Assembly (NCBI GenBank): GCA_040902195.1
Contig: JBBDXS010000019.1
Span: 213,969 to 277,968 of the forward strand
Reading direction: 5' to 3'
Length of the DNA stretch: 64,000 nt
Source: Dehalococcoidia bacterium
Lineage (GTDB): Bacteria; Chloroflexota; Dehalococcoidia; DSTF01; RBG-16-68-14
A program made the translations under genes and the position numbers. The notes beneath the pieces were generated by a model. The model did no database searches and had not been told where the DNA came from. It saw only the letters and a program-made list of their open reading frames with translations. This document shows, in pieces, positions 56,866-64,000 of this stretch; positions within the stretch are counted from its first letter, which is position 1, and each line of letters begins with the position of its first letter.

Positions 56866-58239
56866 TCAATGGCTAGCCCGCGCTCGAACGGGCCGCCGCA
56901 TGTGCGCGTCCGTCAAGATCTGCTGTACTTCTGCGTCCTCGGTCTGTCCGAATTGCTCGTAATAGTAGCCAACGGCCAAGAACGGCTCGGGTTGGTATAG
57001 GCACACAACATCGTCGACCTCGTCGCCAAGAGCTGAGCAGGCCTCTGTGGATCCGACTGGTACAGCAACCACGATCTTCAAGGGACCTCCGGCCCGAACC
57101 GAGCGCACTGACGCTCGCATCGTCGCGCCGGTCGCAAGTCCATCGTCTGCGATAATCACAACGCGTCCGGAGAACACTCCCGCCGGCCGGCCCTTGCGGA
57201 ACTGTGTCTCGCGACGACGGGCCTCTTCTCGTTGCTCCGCGGTCTCCTCCTCCAGATATCTTTTGCTCACCGCGAGCTCGCGGATGACGTTCTCGTTGAG
57301 GAACCGTCCGCCGTTCGCGGTCACGGCCCCGATCGCCAGCTCCGGGTAGCCTGGAGCGCCAAGCTTGCGGGCGACGACGACATCGAGGTCAGCGTCCAGC
57401 CGCTTGGCGATCTCGTCCGCGACTGGTACGCCTCCTCGCGGAATACCCAGCACAATAACGTCCTGACCGCCGTACGCCTCAACGAGGCGCTCACCCAACT
57501 GCCGGCCGGCGTCGCGCCGGTCGCGAAAGTGCGGGCCATAGTCCGGCGCCCGCCGCGCGACCGGTGCCACCGGCTCCCCCCAAGGCGGATCTTCCTTCAG
57601 CCCAAGCTTCACGAGGAACCATTCGACCGTCCGATCGAGGGCTTGCTCCAGCGTCCCCGGCTCTTCGAAGAGGTGCCCGGCTCCCTCGACGATCGAAGTC
57701 GTCGCGAAGGAACATTGAGCGGCTCCATCGCGGATCTCGGAGAGCAGCGGGTCGGCGGAGCCAACGAGGACGAGCGACGGGACATCGAGCGCCTTCCAGC
57801 TGTCGGAGCTGAGCGGAGGCGCTCGCAACACCATCGTGGCCGGGCGAACGCGCCCGCGCCGAACAGCCTCGGTGGCCACGACGGCGCCGAAGCTCGAGCC
57901 GGCGATGGCGAGCCGCGCGGGGTCGAGCTGCGGATGCGCCAGGGCCCACTGGAAAACGGCCACAAGATCGTCGAGGAACGCCTCCTGGCCGCGCGGATCG
58001 TCAGAGGACTCGCCGTGGCCGCTGAGATCGAAGAGAATCGCCGCGATACCGGCGTCGAGCAGGTGCGCTGCAATTACGCTGTTGCGTGGCGACGCCTTAC
58101 TGCTTCCTAGCCCGTGGACAAAGATTACGCCCGGCACGCGGCCTGCAGTGGCCGGGGCCAGTAGACGTGCCGAGAGACGGGCGCCGTTTCGCGTGATAGT
58201 AACGTCCTTACATGTACCAACCATTTGCTTCCTCCACAT
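56866..58239 (-). CDS. alpha/beta-hydrolase (dienelactone-hydrolase-like) - phosphoribosyltransferase fusion protein (M. tuberculosis Rv0571c-like architecture)
   Basis: N-terminal GVIFVHGLGSSKAS ... AGSSFGA hydrolase motifs; C-terminal type I PRTase (VVIIADDGLATGATM). Confidence 0.8.
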   Translation of the reverse strand: MWRKQMVGTCKDVTITRNGARLSARLLAPATAGRVPGVIFVHGLGSSKASPRNSVIAAHLLDAGIAAILFDLSGHGESSDDPRGQEAFLDDLVAVFQWALAHPQLDPARLAIAGSSFGAVVATEAVRRGRVRPATMVLRAPPLSSDSWKALDVPSLVLVGSADPLLSEIRDGAAQCSFATTSIVEGAGHLFEEPGTLEQALDRTVEWFLVKLGLKEDPPWGEPVAPVARRAPDYGPHFRDRRDAGRQLGERLVEAYGGQDVIVLGIPRGGVPVADEIAKRLDADLDVVVARKLGAPGYPELAIGAVTANGGRFLNENVIRELAVSKRYLEEETAEQREEARRRETQFRKGRPAGVFSGRVVIIADDGLATGATMRASVRSVRAGGPLKIVVAVPVGSTEACSALGDEVDDVVCLYQPEPFLAVGYYYEQFGQTEDAEVQQILTDAHMRRPVRARASH

Positions 58240-58255
58240 GCTGCTTCACCTCGCG

Positions 58256-58558
58256 TCACTTCCGAAGGCTGGTGGCCTGTCCGAGGAAACGCTCCCAAGA
58301 AGTGGCGAGCCAGGTTTCGGTGGTAGCATGCCCAAGCGATCGCACGAGTAAGGCCACCTTGTTCGCGGAATCGCTATCGGGCGCCTCGTAGATATCGAGG
58401 TAGTCATAGGGACCAAGCAGGGCGTAGTTCGCTAGCCACTTGACGTTCGGGCATTGTTCCTTGATGCGGCTTTCCACCTCACGGTTCAGCGTTTCAACAG
58501 CGTCAGGACGGTTCAGCGCTTCAGGCGACAGGCGTGTGAGAAGGACATACGTTGGCAT
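58256..58558 (-). CDS. GYD domain protein
   Basis: 100 aa; LLGPYDYLDIYEAPD matches the GYD-family core. Confidence 0.8.
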   Translation of the reverse strand: MPTYVLLTRLSPEALNRPDAVETLNREVESRIKEQCPNVKWLANYALLGPYDYLDIYEAPDSDSANKVALLVRSLGHATTETWLATSWERFLGQATSLRK

Positions 58559-58866
58559 TGGTAGACTCCTTCATTACGCAGCGCGCGTTCGTTTGGTAGC
58601 GCTGCCTCTCCGTGTCGTCGTTAGCCGTCTCGGTAAGCTGATGGCCGCACTGGATACGATCCACGGCCCGTAGGAACGAGGGCTCGCGGTACAAGAGTGG
58701 GCCACGGCGCGACCGCCGGGGAGGGCGGACTTCCGACCGCTCTGGTGACTCCGCCTGGTGGGCTTTCGCCGTCCTTAGGCTCTGCCTCCGGGGAGGTCTT
58801 CCGTCCGTCCTCCACATACAACCCTACGACGAATGCCAGCTCGTGCTGAGTGCCGTATAGCCCTTC

Positions 58867-61812
58867 TTGGTCGAGCCGATCGTCCTAACCATCCGCGATG
58901 TTGGATGCGATATACGACTCGTATGCGGCGCGTTGCAGGAAGGGCCTGTTGACCTGCGAAACGGGGGCCGGATGCGGGTATGCTTCCGCGTCTCCGATCG
59001 CCTTTACTTACGTCGCGAGGTACCTGCGATTGTAAGGGACGTTCCGACCACAGCAGCGCCGAGCGTACAGAACACCAACGACCTCGTCGGCGCGGCGGCG
59101 GACGGCGTGTATGGCGTCCTCGGTACCTCTCCTGCGGGTCTGAGCAGCGAGGAGGCGCGGAACCGGCTGCTCCAGCATGGGCCGAACGAGTTGCCGCGCC
59201 CGCGACCCGCAAATCCAGCACGGCTGCTCTTTGAGCAGGTCAGCCACACGCTCGCGCTGCTGCTCTGGGCCGGGGCTGGACTTGCTTTCCTTGCGGGCCT
59301 GCCGCAGTTGGGTTGGGCGATCCTTGCCATCGTGGTCATCAACGCCGCATTTAGCTTCTGGCAGGAATACAGGGCAAGCCGGCTCATCGAGACATTGAAC
59401 CGGCGCCTGCCCGCGGTCGTTCGCGTTCGACGTGACGGCGTGGAGCATCGCGTACACACAGACGACCTGGTGCCGGGCGACTTGCTCATCGTCCGCCGAG
59501 GAGATCGCGTTCCAGCGGATGCCCGGCTCGTCCGCGCCGTAGACCTTCGCCTCGACTACAGCAGCCTCACGGGAGAATCGGAGCCGGTCGAGCGTGAAGC
59601 GCCGTCCGCGCCGCCCGCGCCCCTTGCCGATGCGCCCAATTGCGTTCTTGCCGGAACGACGGTCGTCGATGGAAGCGGCGAGGCCGTGGTGTTTGCGACG
59701 GGTAAGAGCACCGCTTTCGGCCAGGTGGCCGGGCTGACTGAGCGCGTCTACCTGGAGCCGAGCCCGCTCCAGCGCGAGCTCGCGCGCACTGCCCGCGCGA
59801 TCGCCGCGGTTGCGGTGATCACCGGGCTCTTTTTCTTTCTGGCGGGAGATGCGACCGGCCGTCTCACTGCCAGAGAAAGCTTCATCTTTGGCGTAGGCAT
59901 CCTCGTCGCGATCGTTCCCGAAGGGCTTCTTCCAACCGTGACGCTTGCGCTCGCGCTGACGGTGCAACGGATGGGACACCACAACGCGATCGTGAAGCGG
60001 CTTTCTTCGGCGGAGGCTTTGGGTTGCACGACGGTCATCTGCACCGACAAGACGGGCACGATCACAATGAACGAGATGACAGCCCGCCAGGTCTGGGCCG
60101 GCGAAGCCCACTATGGTATCAGCGGACAAGGATATGGATTGGGTGGCAAGCTGCGAGAGGCGGACGACAGCGGCAGGGACGAGGTCGCGTCGCTAGAACT
60201 ACTGCTGCGCTGCGCCGTCCTCTGCAACAACGGCATTCCTCCGCGCTCGGACACTCGCGTCGCTGAGCTGGGCGACCCGCTGGATGAAGCGCTGCTCGTT
60301 CTGGCGATCAAGGGAGGTCTGGATCCGGACGCGATTCGCCGCCAGTGGCGTCGACTTCGGGAGTACCCTTTTCACGCCGAGCGTCGCAGTATGGCCACGC
60401 TGCATGAGCGTGACGGCGAGTTGAAGGTCTTTGCCAAAGGCGGGCCGCTGGAGATACTCGAGCGGTGTACGGGCGAACTGCGAGCCGGCACTCCGCGCGT
60501 CCTCGACGACGCGAGACGGATAGAACTGCAACGGCGCGTCGAAGACATGTCGGATCGCGGACTGCGCGTCCTCGGCTTCGCCTATCGCGACGCACGGGAC
60601 GAGAACGATGTGAAGGACATCGATCGAGTAGAGAGGGACCTGGTCTTCCTGGGACTGGTCGGTCTCGATAATCCGCTCCGGTCCGAAGTCCCGGAGGCTG
60701 TCGAGCGCTGCCACAGCGCGGGCATCCAGGTCGTGATGCTCACAGGTGACTACGCGCACACGGCGCTCGCGGTGGCGCGCGAAGCTCGCATTGCGTCTAG
60801 CGCCGATGACGCGGTAACGGGAGCAGAACTCGATGCACTAAGCGACGATGCGCTCGGGAAACTGCTGGCGGACCGGCAACCCACCGTCTTCGCTCGCGTC
60901 ACACCGGAACACAAGCTCCGGCTGGTCGAAGCGTATCAGCGTCTGGGGCACATCGTGGCGGTCACGGGAGATGGCGTGAACGACGCGCCCGCGCTCAAGG
61001 CAGCCGAAGTGGGCATCGCGATGGGGCGTACCGGAACGGACGTCGCGCGCGAAGCGGCAGACATGGTGCTCATGGACGACAACTTTGCCACGATCGTCCG
61101 CGCCGTCGAAGAAGGACGAACGGTGTTCGCCAACATCAAGAAGTTTCTGACCTATGTCTTAACCAGCAACGTCGCGGAGGCCGCCCCCTTTGTTCTCTTT
61201 GTACTTGTCGGCGTGCCGTTGCCGCTGACGATCTTGCAAGTGCTGCTTGTCGACGTGGGAACGGACATGTTCCCGGCGATCGCGCTGGGGATCGATCCGC
61301 CCGATCCCGGCGTGATGCAGCGACCACCCCGCGCTAGGAACGAGCGCATCGTTTCGGCCGGCTTGCTGCTGAGGGCGCTGGGCTTCCTCGGGATGCTAGC
61401 CGCAGCGCTTAGCCTGGCCGCCTATTTCTACGTCCAGTGGGACATGACGGGACACGTTTTCCACGGCCTCGCCGATGAGGGCGCGCAGTACCGCGCAGCA
61501 ACGACCGTCACGATGGCGGCTATCGTCGCTTGCCAGGTAGCCAATGCGTTCGCGTGCCGGAGCGAACACGGTTCGGCGCTGGGCCGCGAGATGCTGGCGA
61601 ATCGCGCCCTCCTAATCGGTATCGCGGCGGAGATCTTACTGCTGACTGCGCTGATCGGCCTGCCGCCTCTGCGTCACATCTTCGATCTGGAGCCAATCGA
61701 CCGCACGTACTGGCCGGTGCTGGCCTCGTTTCCGATCGTCTTTCTGGCGGTGGAGGAGGTCCGGAAATCCATTGTGCGAGCGATGTCGCGAAGTGCTGGG
61801 GCGAAAGCGTGA
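58867..61812 (+). CDS. P-type cation-transporting ATPase (P2-type, Ca2+/CtpF-like)
   Basis: N-terminal cation-ATPase domain (LGTSPAGLSSEEARNRLLQHGPNEL), TGES, DKTGTITMN phosphorylation motif, TGD, GDGVNDAPAL. True start is probably downstream of 58867 (first ATG 58972; GTG 59107) because the first ~35 codons have atypical low GC3. Confidence 0.82.
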   Translation: MVEPIVLTIRDVGCDIRLVCGALQEGPVDLRNGGRMRVCFRVSDRLYLRREVPAIVRDVPTTAAPSVQNTNDLVGAAADGVYGVLGTSPAGLSSEEARNRLLQHGPNELPRPRPANPARLLFEQVSHTLALLLWAGAGLAFLAGLPQLGWAILAIVVINAAFSFWQEYRASRLIETLNRRLPAVVRVRRDGVEHRVHTDDLVPGDLLIVRRGDRVPADARLVRAVDLRLDYSSLTGESEPVEREAPSAPPAPLADAPNCVLAGTTVVDGSGEAVVFATGKSTAFGQVAGLTERVYLEPSPLQRELARTARAIAAVAVITGLFFFLAGDATGRLTARESFIFGVGILVAIVPEGLLPTVTLALALTVQRMGHHNAIVKRLSSAEALGCTTVICTDKTGTITMNEMTARQVWAGEAHYGISGQGYGLGGKLREADDSGRDEVASLELLLRCAVLCNNGIPPRSDTRVAELGDPLDEALLVLAIKGGLDPDAIRRQWRRLREYPFHAERRSMATLHERDGELKVFAKGGPLEILERCTGELRAGTPRVLDDARRIELQRRVEDMSDRGLRVLGFAYRDARDENDVKDIDRVERDLVFLGLVGLDNPLRSEVPEAVERCHSAGIQVVMLTGDYAHTALAVAREARIASSADDAVTGAELDALSDDALGKLLADRQPTVFARVTPEHKLRLVEAYQRLGHIVAVTGDGVNDAPALKAAEVGIAMGRTGTDVAREAADMVLMDDNFATIVRAVEEGRTVFANIKKFLTYVLTSNVAEAAPFVLFVLVGVPLPLTILQVLLVDVGTDMFPAIALGIDPPDPGVMQRPPRARNERIVSAGLLLRALGFLGMLAAALSLAAYFYVQWDMTGHVFHGLADEGAQYRAATTVTMAAIVACQVANAFACRSEHGSALGREMLANRALLIGIAAEILLLTALIGLPPLRHIFDLEPIDRTYWPVLASFPIVFLAVEEVRKSIVRAMSRSAGAKA

Positions 61813-64000
61813 GGGTTCCCGCACACCAATCTTCGGAGGACAAGCGGCCCGCTGGCCCGCGCCGCTCGCGCTCAGACGCATCGCTTCGTGACAGGGCAAA
61901 CCCCGCCTGGCACGCCGGACCGTCCTCGGTTGTCTGCGAAAAGCTGGGGGTAGACCCCGGCGAAGGTTTGTCTGAACACGAGGCGCAGCGCCGGCTTCAG
62001 CAATGGGGTCCCAACCGGCTGCCGGAAGAGCGGGGTCCCGGCTGGCTGGATTTGCTGCGGCGGCAGTTCGCACAGTTCCTCATCGCCGTCTTGGTCGTCG
62101 CTGCGGCCCTCGCCCTCGCGCTCGGGGAACGGCTTGACGCCGCAGCTATTCTCGGCATCATCGTCATCAACGCGGCGCTCGGCTTTGCTCAGGAGTACCG
62201 GGCCGAGCGAGCGCTGGCGTCGCTCCGCTCGCTGTCGGCGCCGACGGCTACCGTGCTGCGTAGCGGCGCCTTCGCCGTCTCGCCGGCGGCACAGGTGGCG
62301 CCGGGGGACATCCTCCGCTTGGAGGCTGGCGACATCGTTCCTGCGGATGCGCGGCTTCTTGAGGTCGCGGCGCTTCGGCTGAACGAGGCGCTCCTGACGG
62401 GCGAGTCCATCCCCGTCGACAAGAGCGTTTCGCCGGTTCCTGCCGAGGCGGACCTGGCCGAACGAACCTCCATGGTCTACCAGGGTGGTCTCGTCGTCAA
62501 CGGTCGCGCGCTGGCCGTCGTCGTTGCAACCGGCGAACGGACGGAGATGGGCGGCATCGCTGCCTCACTGCAAGGCCAGGCGCCGCGCAGCACTCCGCTC
62601 CAGCGGCGCTTGGCGGAGATGGGCCGCTGGCTGGTGTACGGTGCGGGCGGTCTTTGTGCCCTTGTCTTCATCGTCGGACTCTTGCGCGGCATTGACGTCA
62701 GCGAGATGGTCCTCACGTCAGCGAGCCTCGCCGTGGCGGCCATTCCAGAGGGCCTCCCCGCGGCCACGACGATCGTGCTCGCGCTGGCCGTCCAGCGCAT
62801 GGTGCGCCGGAATGCGATTGTTCGGCGGCTCGCCGCGGTGGAAGCGCTCGGCTCGGTCACAGTGATCTGCGTCGACAAGACCGGGACGCTCACCGAGAAC
62901 CGGATGAATGCTCAGGAGCTCTGGATCGAGGGCCATCCCGTGGTATTGGTCGAAGGCGGAAGCAGCTTAAGTGGCCGGAGCGACACGCTCACCCGCCTGC
63001 TGATCGCCGGCGTGCTGTGCAACGACGCGAGCCCGCAGGATGGCGCGGGCCTTGTCCGGGCGGTCGGCGATCCCACCGAGGGCGCTCTGCTCGATCTCGC
63101 CAGGCGGTTTGGCATGGACGCGAAGGAGGTGCGCGCAAAGGCCCCCCGGCTGCATGAGCTGCCGTTTGACGCCGAGCGCAGCCGCATGGCGGTAGTCTCC
63201 CAGACGACGAGCGGCGTCATGGCGTTTACGAAGGGAGCTCCGGAGGTTATCCTTCCGCTGGCGGCGGCCGTGCTGTTGGACGGCCGAGAGCGCGAGATCG
63301 ACGACCCTGCTCGCGAAGACCTCCTGCAGGCAGCCAGGAGTATGGCCGGCAGGGGCATGCGCGTCCTCGCGTTTGCCCAGCGCCTCCTGCGGTCTGGGAA
63401 CGATGAAGCGATCGAGGAGCAGCTCGTCCTGCTCGGGCTCGTGGGCCTCGCCGATCCTCTGCGCCCCGACGCCAAGGCTTCGATCGCGCGCGCGCGCGCC
63501 GCTGGCATCCGGACCGTCATGCTGACGGGCGACCATCCCAGCACGGCCCGCGCTGTGGCGAGACAGCTCGACTTGCCTGCCGGCGAGGTCGTCCTCGGGC
63601 GGCAAGTCGAGGAGCTCACGGACACCGAGCTCGACAGAGCGGTCGCACAGGCGAACGTCTTCGCCCGGGTCTCGAGCAGACACAAGCTTAGGCTGATCGA
63701 GTCGCTCCGTCGGCTCGGCCACATCATCGCCATGACCGGCGACGGCGTGAACGATGCTCCCGCGCTGCGCGCCGCGGACGTCGGCGTCGCCATGGGGCAG
63801 GGCGGGACGGACATCGCCCGCGACGCCTCGGATATCGTCCTCGTCGACAACAGCCTTCACTCCATCGTGGCCGCGATCGAGGACGGACGGACCATCTACG
63901 ACAACATCCGGAAGTTCGTCCACTATCTCGTCACCTGCAACCTGGCGGAGCTGGCGGTCGTCTTCTTAGTCCTGACCGTCGACGGAACGACTCCGCTCTT
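61809..64000 (+). CDS. second P-type cation-transporting ATPase, 5' portion (continues beyond window end)
   Basis: Not in the ORF track (no in-window stop). From the GTG at 61809 (GTGA overlap with the first ATPase stop) the frame reads ...VCEKLGVDPGEGLSEHEAQRRLQQWGPNRL ... TGESIPVDKS ... CVDKTGTLTENRM ... MLTGDHPSTA ... GDGVNDAPAL to the window end. Confidence 0.8.
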   Translation, partial: MRVPAHQSSEDKRPAGPRRSRSDASLRDRANPAWHAGPSSVVCEKLGVDPGEGLSEHEAQRRLQQWGPNRLPEERGPGWLDLLRRQFAQFLIAVLVVAAALALALGERLDAAAILGIIVINAALGFAQEYRAERALASLRSLSAPTATVLRSGAFAVSPAAQVAPGDILRLEAGDIVPADARLLEVAALRLNEALLTGESIPVDKSVSPVPAEADLAERTSMVYQGGLVVNGRALAVVVATGERTEMGGIAASLQGQAPRSTPLQRRLAEMGRWLVYGAGGLCALVFIVGLLRGIDVSEMVLTSASLAVAAIPEGLPAATTIVLALAVQRMVRRNAIVRRLAAVEALGSVTVICVDKTGTLTENRMNAQELWIEGHPVVLVEGGSSLSGRSDTLTRLLIAGVLCNDASPQDGAGLVRAVGDPTEGALLDLARRFGMDAKEVRAKAPRLHELPFDAERSRMAVVSQTTSGVMAFTKGAPEVILPLAAAVLLDGREREIDDPAREDLLQAARSMAGRGMRVLAFAQRLLRSGNDEAIEEQLVLLGLVGLADPLRPDAKASIARARAAGIRTVMLTGDHPSTARAVARQLDLPAGEVVLGRQVEELTDTELDRAVAQANVFARVSSRHKLRLIESLRRLGHIIAMTGDGVNDAPALRAADVGVAMGQGGTDIARDASDIVLVDNSLHSIVAAIEDGRTIYDNIRKFVHYLVTCNLAELAVVFLVLTVDGTTPL

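Noticed and set aside
58559-58866. DosR-box-like palindrome (GGGACT...AGTCCC) upstream of the first P-type ATPase
   Set aside because: No such palindrome is present in this or the other island intergenic regions by eye. Any regulator box here must differ from the mycobacterial consensus and needs motif discovery.

Overview
High-GC (roughly 67-68%) bacterial chromosomal segment, densely coding, mostly on the minus strand, with many 1-4 nt stop/start overlaps (ATGA/GTGA/TTGA). Content in order: (1) a split NHEJ module (LigD phosphoesterase-domain gene running off the window start, Ku, and a stand-alone ATP-dependent ligase with unusual motifs I and V), then a DUF72 gene. (2) A divergent region carrying a ydaO/kimA-class (c-di-AMP) riboswitch-like leader in front of a GT20 trehalose-6-phosphate-synthase-like gene. 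(3) uppP and a raffinose/galactose cluster (GH36 alpha-galactosidase, galK, galT) plus a PLP decarboxylase. (4) A GGDEF-GAF-HD-GYP c-di-GMP protein. (5) A TetR-headed, tightly coupled 13-gene catabolic operon with steroid/lipid-side-chain-like content (KshA-like Rieske oxygenase, amidohydrolase, twin DUF35 + twin SCP-x-type thiolases, FadD-like ligase, crotonase, ACAD, P450, NMO, MMPL transporter). (6) LLM oxidoreductase, tRNA-Pro(GGG), UbiA prenyltransferase. (7) pth-mfd preceded by an unrecognisable 503-aa protein; cysteine desulfurase, DUF3105, Zn-ADH, BNR-repeat protein. (8) Split ADP-forming acetyl-CoA synthetase with a 32-codon highly basic ORF wedged between the subunits; tRNA-Gly(GCC). 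(9) A DosR/DevRS-like dormancy island: GAF histidine kinase, NarL-type regulator, orphan receiver, USP, tandem USP with zinc ribbon, ACS alpha paralog, eRF1-like protein, Hrp1-like CBS protein, YbaK-like deacylase, prs, hydrolase-PRTase fusion (Rv0571c-like), GYD protein, and two tandem P-type ATPases (second runs off the window end). No CRISPR array, transposase or integrase was seen. Feature coordinates from the ORF track are exact; coordinates of RNA elements and hairpins were read by hand and may be off by 1-2 nt.
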